Below, in pieces: positions 9,776 to 19,604 of a stretch of 49,609 nt of DNA (position 1 is its first letter; the number at the start of each line of letters is the position of its first letter). Origin of the DNA: an uncultured Nitrososphaerales archaeon (GTDB lineage Archaea > Thermoproteota > Nitrososphaeria > Nitrososphaerales > Nitrososphaeraceae). A model generated the notes under the pieces. That model ran no database searches, was not told where the DNA came from, and saw only the letters and a program-made list of their open reading frames with translations. Where the stretch lies: the NCBI GenBank assembly GCA_963709405.1, contig CAVPXM010000029.1:1-49609 (forward strand), read 5' to 3'. A program made the translations under genes and the position numbers.

Positions 9776-10168
9776 ATGGCCTGTATCCAGAAGAAGAATG
9801 AGAAAGAGGATGATAAAAAGGATAATCGCACCATCATAACCATTCCAGATGAATTGTGGGATGAGATTAAAGTAATTTTACCCAGAGAGAAACCACTCAA
9901 AACAGTGGGTCGGCCAATTGTACCATACAGAAAGGTACTTGATGGAGTTTTATACATCCTTAGAACTGGGTGCCAATGGAAGATGCTACCCAAAGAGTAT
10001 GGATCGGGTTCCACATGCCATAGAAGGTTTCAGGAATGGAATAAACTGGATGTTTTCAAAAAGACATGGGTTCGATTACTGAAAATATATGATCGAATCA
10101 TTGGTATCAACTGGACATGGCAATCAATCGATAGTATATCCATAAAATCGCCTTTAGGGGGGCGATGA
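9776..10168 (+). CDS. IS5 transposase orfA (DUF4096-like N-terminus)
   Basis: LRTGCQWKMLP..YGSGSTCHRRFQEW and IDS motifs. Confidence 0.9.
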   Translation: MACIQKKNEKEDDKKDNRTIITIPDELWDEIKVILPREKPLKTVGRPIVPYRKVLDGVLYILRTGCQWKMLPKEYGSGSTCHRRFQEWNKLDVFKKTWVRLLKIYDRIIGINWTWQSIDSISIKSPLGGR

Positions 10169-10689
10169 CCGGAAATAATCCCACGGACAGGAGCAAACTG
10201 GGCACAAAAAGACACATTTTAACAGACAAAGAAGGTATACCGCTTTCGGCGGTCATTTCATCTGCTAGTACCCATGACAATAAACTGGTAATAGATATGG
10301 TTGATAATTCAGTTATTAAAAAGCCGTCATCATCATCCAAACCGAAATCAAGAAGAAAGGGAAGAAGGAGAAGGTTACAACATCTATGTCTTGACAAAGC
10401 ATATAATTCCACACAAGAAGAACAGGAACTAATCAGGCGGGGATATGTACTGCACATTAGTCCCAAAAGAAAGAGGGGTGAAAAAGAGGAGGAGGTCAAG
10501 ACGGAAACGCAACCTTCCTTAAACCGGAAAAAACATTCTGCAAAAAGATGGGTTGTGGAAAGGACAAACTCATGGCACAACAGGTTCAGAAAACTGTTCA
10601 CACGGTATGAAAAGAAGGCAGAGAACTACCTTGGACTGGTACAGTTCTCCTGTTTTATGATCATCTGTAGAAAGATATTTTTGGGATAG
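10165..10689 (+). CDS. IS5 transposase orfB (DDE C-terminus), probably joined to orfA by a -1 frameshift
   Basis: NPTDRSKLGTKRH, LDKAY and RWVVERTNSW motifs. G6 run at the overlap. Confidence 0.9.
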   Translation: MTGNNPTDRSKLGTKRHILTDKEGIPLSAVISSASTHDNKLVIDMVDNSVIKKPSSSSKPKSRRKGRRRRLQHLCLDKAYNSTQEEQELIRRGYVLHISPKRKRGEKEEEVKTETQPSLNRKKHSAKRWVVERTNSWHNRFRKLFTRYEKKAENYLGLVQFSCFMIICRKIFLG

Positions 10690-11797
10690 GTTCTTAGTAT
10701 ATTCTTGACTATTCTGAAGTTGTTTTATTACTGACTCTAATCTTGTCTTTTTTTAGATATAGATTTCTTTTTTCAGATTCTTGCTTTTCACACTCTAACC
10801 TTTGATTTTCAGCAGTGTTGCGAAGATGAATTATATCACCATTAAGTTTCAGGATAGTTGCCTCTACGTTTCGTTTCTTCAGATTAAGATGCATTACCTC
10901 CTATGCAGATTTTTATATATTTGTTCAACTTTTGGAAGTTCATTATTTGCAATTTCGAGAAGTCTTTTAACGTGTTTTAGATTCATGCCTGCAGCTTTGA
11001 TTAATCTGTACAATTCTACAAAGGACCAAATATCCTCTTTAACATGTTCATGAACCTGATAAAGCCTATAAGGTTGTTGTAGTTTCCAGTACTGTCTATA
11101 CAATTCATGCACTTCAGGCTCCTTCAGACCTAATTTAATAGCCACTTGTATTGGAGCCTTGCCTTCTGAAAATAGTAGGTAGGCTTGAGACGAATTAGAC
11201 AACGATTGCTCTGATCCAGATTTTTTTCTTTCCTGTTCTAATAAAATCCAGAACCTCTGTGATAGACGAACTTTTTAGAATCGTCTCAGCTTGGACTGCG
11301 TTATTGTCCTCGTACTTTCCTTTCACTCTTGGAAGCTTTTTTAGCTCCGAGAACCGAGCTCGATCAATGATGATAATATCGCCGGAAGATTCTATTTTTC
11401 TTAAAGGCTTTTGTTTTGGTTTTCTCCCGGGTGGCAGACTCATAATTTTCTTATAGATATAGTTGCTTAGGCTATCGACAGTAATATTTCCATGCCGATC
11501 AAATACTTCGTACTCTTTATCATTGAGACCCCGAAGCAAATAATACGTAAACAAGCTGTAATTCTCTTCGACTAATACTGAAGTCTCTTGATACGGTTGA
11601 CTAGGAGCTAAAAGGCATATGCCCTGACCTTCTGCTATTGCCCTAAACTTATTGTCGACGGCGGCGGTCCCTAATCTTGCTGCGTCCTCTTCATGTCCTT
11701 TGCTTATTTTAGCTGAACCACTGTAGCAACAATTGAGTATTAAGAGCCTATCCCAAAATTCGATACGATTATAGCTCGATGTTGCTTTTGCTAAAGT

Positions 11798-12190
11798 ATG
11801 GCCTGTATCCAGAAGAAGAATGAGAAAGAGGATGATAAAAAGGATAATCGCACCATCATAACCATTCCAGATGAATTGTGGGATGAGATTAAAGTAATTT
11901 TACCCAGAGAGAAACCACTCAAAACAGTGGGTCGGCCAATTGTACCATACAGAAGGGTACCTGATGGAGTTTTATACATCCTTAGAACTGGGTGCCAATG
12001 GAAGATGCTACCCAAAGAGTATGGATCGGGTTCCACATGCCATAGAAGGTTTCAGGAATGGAATAAACTGGATGTTTTCAAAAAGACATGGGTTCGATTA
12101 CTGAAAATATATGATCAAATCATTGGTATCAACTGGACATGGCAATCAATCGATAGTATATCCATAAAATCGCCTTTAGGGGGGCGATGA
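11798..12190 (+). CDS. IS5 transposase orfA
   Basis: Near-identical to 9776-10168. Confidence 0.9.
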   Translation: MACIQKKNEKEDDKKDNRTIITIPDELWDEIKVILPREKPLKTVGRPIVPYRRVPDGVLYILRTGCQWKMLPKEYGSGSTCHRRFQEWNKLDVFKKTWVRLLKIYDQIIGINWTWQSIDSISIKSPLGGR

Positions 12191-12711
12191 CCGGAAATAA
12201 TCCCACGGACAGGAGCAAACTGGGCACAAAAAGACATATTTTAACAGACAAAGAAGGTATACCGCTTTCGGCGGTCATTTCATCTGCTAGTACCCATGAC
12301 ATTAAACTGGTAATAGATATGGTTGATAATTCAGTTATTAAAAAGCCGTCATCATCATCCAAACCGAAATCAAGAAGAAAGGGAAGAAGGAGAAGGTTAC
12401 AACATCTATGTCTTGACAAAGCATATAATTCCACACAAGAAGAACAGGAACTAATCAGGCGGGGATATGTACTGCACATTAGTCCCAAAAGAAAGAAGGG
12501 TGAAAAAGAGGAGGAGGTCAAGACTGAAACGCAACCTTCCTTAAACCGGAAAAAACATTCTGCAAAAAGATGGGTTGTGGAAAGGACAAACTCATGGCAC
12601 AACAGGTTCAGAAAACTGTTCACACGGTATGAAAAGAAGGCAGAGAACTACCTTGGACTGGTACAGTTCTCCTGTTTTATGATCATCTGTAGAAAGATAA
12701 TTTTGGGATAG
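12187..12711 (+). CDS. IS5 transposase orfB
   Basis: Near-identical to 10165-10689. Confidence 0.9.
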   Translation: MTGNNPTDRSKLGTKRHILTDKEGIPLSAVISSASTHDIKLVIDMVDNSVIKKPSSSSKPKSRRKGRRRRLQHLCLDKAYNSTQEEQELIRRGYVLHISPKRKKGEKEEEVKTETQPSLNRKKHSAKRWVVERTNSWHNRFRKLFTRYEKKAENYLGLVQFSCFMIICRKIILG

Positions 12712-13637
12712 GTTCTAAGATTACTTTTGACGCTAGTGTCATTTGAACCACTTTTGTTAGCTCACTAAGAGCGAATCCTCCCCTGTAGGGCGAGGCAGGA
12801 TCAATCTCCGACGTCCCTAGATATACGTCACCCTGTATGTCCGGTACCCCATGGCCAGAATAATAAAAAATAAGCGTATCGTCAAGTGAAATGGCAGGGT
12901 CGTCAAAGAAGTCTATAATTGCCTTCCTCATTCTTTCCCAACTAATATTCCCCACCAACTTGTTAGTATGCGGTATAGCATAACCTACAGATCTGAGTAC
13001 TTGGTACATGCTGTTTCCATCGTGTTGGCAAAATCTTAGTTGTTCGAGCTTAAGATAGTCACTTACACCGATGACCAAAGCTCTTTTCATCGCTGTACAT
13101 AAGAGGTTACTATGAGACAGTAACAAGAAAGCTACCTCCATTATGGCCCTAACATACATAATAACTTCAAGCATCTTGATTTGGGCAACATGTTCCTCAA
13201 TAGGGTTCATCCTATCAACATATTTCAAACACACGAAAAATGTAATGCATATTTCTTCTGTTCTAACAATTATCATTGCTATTTTTCAGCCAGTTTTTAT
13301 TCAATAGGCATAGTCCCCCTGGATTGTGTTATATAACCTGTGCAATGCCTACTACCAACGCGTCCCTATTGATATAACATCGATTGGATTCCAGACTCCA
13401 ATGGGTTGATCAGTCGATGTTTCCTTATTTATACAAACTGCATATACTTACACACTCAAAATCCTGGCAGAAGCCGAGTCTGTTTGGAGAGAAATTGAAT
13501 TATTCGATATTCAGTAAGAGTACTAATTTAATATGTGGTTGCAACAGTGAGCGTCATCCATAGATGAAGATTATTAATATAAATGCTGACTAGATCATCC
13601 AATATACTATTAAGTGAGAGTACACGCGATATAATAA

Positions 13638-14066
13638 ATGACATCGACAATAGATAATGAATTAAATGCTACCTTTGAGGATATCATAAATGACATACTT
13701 ATTCACGATAATGTCATGTTCTCAGTAAGAAGCGCTGGCGCTGTATGCGAAGTGAATGCCGAAAAGAATTTGCCTTTGCGTGTTCGTGAGTCATATGCAA
13801 CAATAGGCGACGAAACCAGACCTTGGCATATACATGTTAACCTTAGCGATACCAAAGAAGCAAAGTTTGTAACAGAGAATAAAACTGGTGGCAAAAATAG
13901 CTATAGCATAAGGTTCTTTGATTCAGAAGGGAATTTAGTATTACGAGCAAATTTTGTTAGAATGTATGATAGTTCAAATGCACTTATTCAAGAAAGACTT
14001 TTAGCATATGAAGAGATATTTGCAAAGTACGGTAAGAAACAAAGCTTACTATTAAAAGCAAGATAA
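13638..14066 (+). CDS. ChuX/HutX-family heme-like substrate-binding protein
   Basis: GAVCEV, WHIHVNL, SYSIRFFDSEG and C-terminal ERL.AYE pattern. Confidence 0.75.
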   Translation: MTSTIDNELNATFEDIINDILIHDNVMFSVRSAGAVCEVNAEKNLPLRVRESYATIGDETRPWHIHVNLSDTKEAKFVTENKTGGKNSYSIRFFDSEGNLVLRANFVRMYDSSNALIQERLLAYEEIFAKYGKKQSLLLKAR

Positions 14067-14145
14067 TCAAATTCTAATAAATAAATACGTTCTTCAATTT
14101 TTAATAATGGCGTATTTTATATAAATCTACGAAGCAAAGAAATAG

Positions 14146-14172
14146 ATCACTATTAACTACGTTGATAGTGGT
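14146..14172. terminator. Hairpin between convergent genes
   Basis: ATCACTATTAAC-TAC-GTTGATAGTGGT pairs with G-U wobble. CACTATTAACT recurs at 14192-14202. Confidence 0.4.
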
Positions 14173-14256
14173 TTAACTACGATAAAATCCGCACTATTAA
14201 CTGGCTTCAGCTTCCCCCTGTCGAGTAGAAAAAAAGATTTCAGGTTTTATTTAGAA

Positions 14257-14469
14257 TCAGTGTTCTATACCAAATGCTAGTTTCACGCAGACTCGATATT
14301 GAGTTATATTTCCAGTAGTAGGGTCTACTTTTGCAGTCATATCCTGAACTTCTAATCCTTTTATTCCACGAACTGTCTTCTTAGCTTCGGTTACCGAGCC
14401 TGCGCTATCTTGCCAGCTTTTTTCAGAACTACCAACAATCTCTACTATTTTGGCTATATGTGATGTCAT
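14257..14469 (-). CDS. Dodecin family flavin-binding protein
   Basis: KIVEIVGSSEKSW.D..TEAKKTVRGI..I.QYRV.VKLAF pattern. 70 aa from ATG 14469. Confidence 0.88.
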   Translation of the reverse strand: MTSHIAKIVEIVGSSEKSWQDSAGSVTEAKKTVRGIKGLEVQDMTAKVDPTTGNITQYRVCVKLAFGIEH

Positions 14470-14549
14470 TTCATTATTACTTCCTAAATACAGATTACAC
14501 AGCTTTGATATATGAATTATGGGAAACTGGGGTTGTTGTCTAATTTGGA

Positions 14550-14875
14550 TTGATTCCCGTATTCTATCAGGATTCATATACAAGTAATGAGTCAGGCAGC
14601 ACCGTTGACCAGGTCCTTGTGAAGAAATTGGGATTACCTGAGAGAGAGGAACGGTTCATAGCACAATGGCTTAAATTAGAATTCACAGCTTTAGGCTCGT
14701 TTCTTTACAGAACTTTGCTGCCAACTAAAATTTCAAATGTGCTTCGCAATTCCAAGGTGCAATTCTTATCTCTCGAATTTGACGATGCTCTAACCGACAT
14801 ACCTTGGGAGCTCATGTACGATGGAGAGAACTTCTTTAACTTAAAGTATGCAATTGGCAGGAGGACAGTATACGA
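14550..14875 (+). pseudogene. CHAT-domain N-terminal fragment
   Basis: LGSFLYRTLLP and L.DIPWELMYDG.NFF.LKYAIGR motifs. Catalytic part absent. Confidence 0.75.
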
Positions 14876-14885
14876 TGATAGTGGA

Positions 14886-15294
14886 TTCACTATCAGAGTA
14901 GGTCTATTGTCAGGCCTAAGAGAGGATGAAATGATATACTCCCACAGTAAAGAAATTTGTCCAGATAATGCTGGTCACAAATGTGATAGACTACATGTGA
15001 TCAACAAGTCAAATGGTATGACTGTCGTAACGCTAAATTGGTTCAGAGGAAACAAACAATGCTATTTCTTTATAATTCCAACCAACATCTGGGACCACTT
15101 CCGAAGGCTGCCTAGGTTTACAAGGAAAGAAGAGATAATTAGTGCATAATATAGCTAAAAGAGAGGCAGGCATAAAATTTATGGATTTGCGAAAACTCCA
15201 TTATAATGTTGTACGAAATACAATGGACCCTAATGAAGCGGACATACTTGCAGGAAGGGCAAAGACAGTTTCAGCACAACACTATGCATTATAC
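14886..15294 (+). pseudogene. SSV1-type tyrosine integrase catalytic domain, frameshifted near 15147
   Basis: SGLREDE and FRGNKQCY, then in a shifted frame FMDLRKLHY, EADILAGR and VSAQHY. Confidence 0.8.
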
Positions 15295-15837
15295 CAGCGT
15301 TGGTGGTGGTGGTAGGTAAATCCAAACCAAACACTGGTGTTGGGGGACTCGTCTGGTGTAGTCCATTCGAATCAACCATGTACTGAAAAATCTTTCAGTA
15401 GGTAAAAATGATTACATTGATGAATATCAGACAGAGAATTATGGAATTAAACGAGCAACGTAGAGATTTGTGGGAAGTTGTAAGAAAAAATAAAATCAAC
15501 CATTTGTTCAAATCACTGCCCATAAAGAAATTCACGCTCTTACAAAATCTATTCACTATATGCTTCCACTATTGGTAACTAACAGCAATATACCCAATGG
15601 CGATATATTTTGTGATTCTTTCTACGAAGATACGACTGATAAATATCCCGATCTTTCTGCATGACTTAATAATCTATATCCTTGCGATGATTGTATTTTT
15701 TGTATTTTTTCTTCAAATGATCTATATGAAATGTATCTGACCTGCAAAGAATTAGTGATATGGTTTTATATGGCATTTACAAAGCGAGCGCGGTTCCACC
15801 AGCAGCAGATATAGCCACTACTCTCTCACGATGGAGA

Positions 15838-16518
15838 CTATGTTGTTCCTTGATCTGTTTTTGGTGCTTTGTGTTTTTTTGTTACTGTTGATTCTTGTCC
15901 TCCTCCTATCTGTGTTGGTTGATTGCTTCCTTTATGATGGTGCCCTTGTTGAGGATTATTGTTATTGTTATTGTTATTGTTATTATTTGATGCTGATCCC
16001 CCTAAGCTTTGGGACGGAGTACTTGCTGATTTGTGATAGTGGTAGGACAATTACCGTTAGCATCTGGTGCTAAACCATTAGGACATGTTATTGTTATTGT
16101 TCGTTGCTTCGACGTTGATGGTAATGCTGATGATGGTGGAGGAAGAACATGTGAAGGTGGTAGTGTAGAAGGTGGTTGTTCAAATCCGGCTGATGATGGT
16201 GGTGTATTGCCCAGACCGGTGTTTCTCGAAGGAGAAGTATCTCTGCAATCGATTTTGTTTCCATTAGAATCATATTCACATGTCTGACAGAGTGAATAGA
16301 CGTCTATTATCTTTCCAGAGTTATCGTAAACTGTGTTACCCCAGCAACATTCCTTTGCGGATGTCGCACCGGGTTTGGTTGGATCCCTTTTTGTACAACC
16401 AGTAAATATTACCTTAGTTCTCGCAAATGCATCAAATTTCAGCTACTGAACTATAAATCAATATTACAGCTAAGCACGATATAACCACTACAATCACAGC
16501 TTCTTTACTACTATGCAT
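15838..16518 (-). pseudogene. Secreted Cys-rich protein with Pro/Asn low-complexity tail, frameshifted
   Basis: Signal-like MHSSKEAVIVVISCLAVILIYSSVA, then ECCWG..LCQTCEYD..DC, CPNGLAPDANGNCP and poly-Asn, spread over different frames. Confidence 0.65.
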
Positions 16519-16803
16519 AGCTGATTGATAACTTGCTTTATAGTTGGCTAGTATTTAGGCTTAACTAGGCTAACTGACTAACAAAATTAAGCTGTATAAG
16601 GCTGGCAATATAGCACTATCGTTCTATCTATCTAGTAAGATCAAGGAACTAGTCTTCGATCTCCTTTAGATGCATTCTTGATCGGTCACTTGTTGTCCCA
16701 TCTTACTCCACTCCGAGAGCGATTTTAGCAGATACAGAATAGACTCTTCAGTGCAAATATTTCTAGGCTAGTCTGGTCAAAATAAAGCGATGTAGTCTAC
16801 ATC

Positions 16804-16865
16804 TGACATATGTGACATAACTGACATCAATATGATCACGGTTGAATTATCTGAATGTCTGACAT
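16804..16865 (+). promoter_or_regulatory. TGACAT direct repeats, putative operator
   Basis: TGACAT at 16804, 16813 and 16822 (9-bp period). ATGTC-T-GACAT palindrome over the start codon at 16855. Confidence 0.55.
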
Positions 16866-17220
16866 AGATGAGGGTTATATTTGGGAGAAAATTGCCAAAA
16901 ATTATGATTTTATAGATGGAGCTCAAATATCAAATAGCTTTATTGTCTTAATGGCCTTAAACAATTCAAAAGAATCATTAAGCACAACTCAAATATCAGA
17001 AAAAATAGCTGTTCAAACTAAAGGAAAAATATACAAAGTATCCGGAGCTTTAAGGGATTCGTCAGAAAATAGACTTAGAAAATCAGGATATGTGGAAGGT
17101 AAAGATATCCCTAATATTAAAACAAATCATAAACCTATCAGGATGACTTTGTACTCAATGACTCCAAAGGGTAGAAGATTGTTAAAGGGTTGGATTGCTT
17201 TCATTAGTGAGGTAGAATGA
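16855..17220 (+). CDS. Winged-helix (PadR-like) transcriptional regulator
   Basis: LSTTQISEKI, RLRKSGYVEG and LYSMTPKGRRLL wHTH pattern. Confidence 0.7.
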   Translation: MSDIDEGYIWEKIAKNYDFIDGAQISNSFIVLMALNNSKESLSTTQISEKIAVQTKGKIYKVSGALRDSSENRLRKSGYVEGKDIPNIKTNHKPIRMTLYSMTPKGRRLLKGWIAFISEVE

Positions 17221-17285
17221 TATCGTGATACTAATCTACTTTACTATTCAAATATAGAGACACTAGTAAGTCATCGGTCAGACGC

Positions 17286-17474
17286 TTATTTTTCGTTGGC
17301 TTTGAAACTTTCCGTGTTATGAAGTTGACCGTTTACTTCAATAGCTAATACCGTATTAGGCGTATATACTACCGAAGCACTAAGCGACATTGTCGAAACG
17401 AACATCACGGCTATAATACCAATAGAGAGGCAATTCTTTTTAGAAGATGTGACATCGACTTTTTTTGTAACCAT
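17286..17474 (-). pseudogene. N-terminal signal-peptide fragment of a secreted protein
   Basis: Basic residues, a hydrophobic stretch and a VLA cleavage-like site, then an early end. Confidence 0.35.
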
Positions 17475-17897
17475 TTAATTGCTACCGTAATTGTTCATCG
17501 ATAACTAACTGAAAAACATTATGACTACAAAGTTCCACAGTTTCCCCAGATATTAAGAAAAATGGCATGGTTCACAACTTGGATGAGATAATGCAGCTAG
17601 CACCTGAATTTTAATGTCTCCTTTAGCAATACTATTATTCAAAAAAATGGGATTTGTTATTATCGATAAGATGAAGATGTGCTTGCTAGGCAGACATTGT
17701 GGATCACCGTTGTCGCTTTATGTATGAGGAAGAGAAATAAAGCTAAATTATAATTGCTCTAACAATTGTTATTCCTTCAATCACTACTCGCATTGAGGTT
17801 CTGCAATATTGTATAGGCAATTATAAGAAAATCCCCTTTGTATTTTTATCAACAGTAAAAAACGAAATGCAATCTGCTTGCAAATGTTGACCGTCCA

Positions 17898-18507
17898 TCA
17901 ATAATCCACATCGATTTCGTTATTGTCTCTTACTGTCAATTCTTGATGGGAAGGATGATTGTAATGGTACGAATTGGGAAGCATGTCGGGATCTTTTCGC
18001 ATGGACTTGATGATGGATTCAAACGTGAGTTTAAATATTAGCTGACGATCACCAAGAAATCTTTCGACTTCTCTTTTAGCCATTTCTTTAATTTTGTTAT
18101 GTGTCTCACTGTCATTCTGAATTTTATTTACAGCTACTTCCAACCTTATCTTTTGTATGCGTAGTTTTGTTATCTCCAAGCCCAGTTCTCTACAAGCTGA
18201 GTGCAAAGAATCACGTGTTTTTTGCAAATCTATTATCTGATCGTTTAATTCTTGAAAAATTCTGGCTGAATTGCGCTTCTCTGCTTCTAGCAATTTGGAT
18301 CTGAGATTTTCCCTCGGAAAACATTGCATAAGCCTTAGATGAAATAGAAATATAATGATCTTTTTCCTTCTCCTTGGCTCCCTTTTGCAGAATTGCTCCA
18401 ATGTCTCTGAACGACATTCCAACTTGCTGAGCAATCTCACGGGTGTTTTTTCCTTGATTGTAGAGGTCTATGACGAGACTCTCTTTCTCTTGTCTGGTTA
18501 ATACCAT
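17898..18507 (-). pseudogene. HTH/coiled-coil family gene, copy B, internally deleted and frameshifted
   Basis: MVLTRQEKESLVIDLYNQGKNTREIAQQVGMSFRDIGAIL HTH, SSKAYAMFSEGKS, coiled coil and LIFKLTFESIIKSMRKDP. Confidence 0.8.
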
Positions 18508-18551
18508 GTCAGCTATTTAATTAAATATGGTATAAAATAAGAAAATAAAGA

Positions 18552-18634
18552 CAGCTACCTCCTGCTACCAACATTGTCATCCCTGCTACCACCTAATTTC
18601 CTCTGCTGTCATCTGCTACCTCCTGCTACCAGGT
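18552..18634 (-). repeat. Phased octamer array (GGTAGCAG) upstream of copy B
   Basis: CTGCTACC at 18562, 18583, 18613 and 18623, with variants at 18552 and 18603. 17-bp exact repeat at 18554-18570 and 18615-18631. Confidence 0.85.
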
Positions 18635-18743
18635 TTCTTAAGGTAGACTTGCGTAACTTGATATGATGGTACATTGTAGTGCAATTAGGATGAATTAGTC
18701 TGGATAAGTAAATGCTCCTCTTCCCAGTTAAGCCACAAATATT

Positions 18744-19050
18744 TTAGACTACCGAATTTAACTCTTGAGAATTTCTAGTTTTATTTTGACACGATCGCAA
18801 AATAAAATCTGGATAGCATTTTCTGGAAAGTCGTGTAAGCGTACCTGTCCATATATCGGTAGAACTCGAATGTAACAATAATACTTCAGTACCAATTTGC
18901 TGGGATCCAGAAGATATAGATGCGTAAACTGACTGCACTCCGGTATTGTCCGTAGCTCTAACAGATACTCTAATATCTGTTTGCCCAGGTCCTAAAGTTG
19001 AAGGTACTACCGTTGTGCTTTGGATTGTTGGTGCCAGATCAAAACTGAGT
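18744..19050 (-). pseudogene. Fragment of an Ig-like domain from a surface protein
   Basis: APTIQSTTVVPSTLGPG..IRVSVRATDNTGVQSVYASI beta-rich pattern. Confidence 0.45.
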
Positions 19051-19272
19051 TTGAATAGATACCGGTGTTAGAAAAAGATTCTTAGACTCGAAGAGATCAA
19101 TCTCAGCTATAAGTATTTTCATTCAAAACAAGAAGTTATAATTAAATAACTTAGGTCCCCCCTAAGTATGTATTTGATAACGATAAGTAAGAAAACTCTC
19201 CTGTATTCGTAAACTTGTGGGAATAAGTTTTAGATGGCGCTATTAAAGATGCTAACCTTTACCTTGCCCTGC

Positions 19273-19452
19273 GTCACTAACTTCTTCAAAGTCACCTTAG
19301 AGGATAATGGATTCGATGCCGATGCTTACATCGACCCTATACAAGCATTTGCAAATTTTAAACCTAATTTCTATGACCTTTGCATTATTGATACAAGAAT
19401 GCCTAGACTCAATGGTTTTGAATTCTTTGAGAATATTAAAAAAAAGCCTTGA
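19273..19452 (+). pseudogene. Truncated response regulator receiver
   Basis: LEDNGF..DP..A.ANFKPNFYDL..ID.RMP.LNGFE. Confidence 0.8.
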
Positions 19453-19604
19453 CAAACTTATAGACTAGCTCTAATTGTTAGCAATCTATTTGGTCATGCT
19501 TCTCAAACTTTCAGAATGATCAGATATATCAAATCATGCTCAATTTCTAGATATCACAACAAATACATTTTAGAGGAATAAAGAAAGGAAAAGAGAAAGA
19601 CCAG

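Larger units (their letters stand above)
9722..10693 (+). mobile_element. IS5-family element (972 bp), copy 1
   Basis: IRs GAGCCTATCCCAAAA / GAACCTATCCCAAAA, flanking TTA duplication, two-ORF transposase. Confidence 0.95.
9323..11215 (-). pseudogene. HTH/coiled-coil family gene, copy A, frameshifted and split by IS5
   Basis: SSQAYLLFSEGKAPIQVAIKL...IANNELP...QEYT|KIEMIVKQQVDKVL. Homologous to 17898-18507 and 37929-38303. Confidence 0.8.
11744..12715 (+). mobile_element. IS5-family element (972 bp), copy 2
   Basis: Same IRs as copy 1. TAA duplication at 11741-11743 and 12716-12718. About 8 substitutions versus copy 1. Confidence 0.95.
11195..13090 (-). pseudogene. Caspase-like peptidase C14 (metacaspase) interrupted by IS5 copy 2
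   Basis: MKRALVIGVSDY, YYSGHG (catalytic His), then across the IS KVIL|ILNCCYSG (catalytic Cys) and SLFTYYLLRGL. Removing the IS and one TAA restores the frame. Confidence 0.9.

Noticed and set aside
12683-13276. ORF-track start at 13276 for the caspase
   Set aside because: Homology begins at MKRALVIG (ATG 13090), and the 3' end of the track ORF reads into the IS.
15831-16073. Plus-strand YCYCYC hydrophobic ORF
   Set aside because: It is the antisense of the poly-Asn microsatellite in the minus-strand secreted gene.
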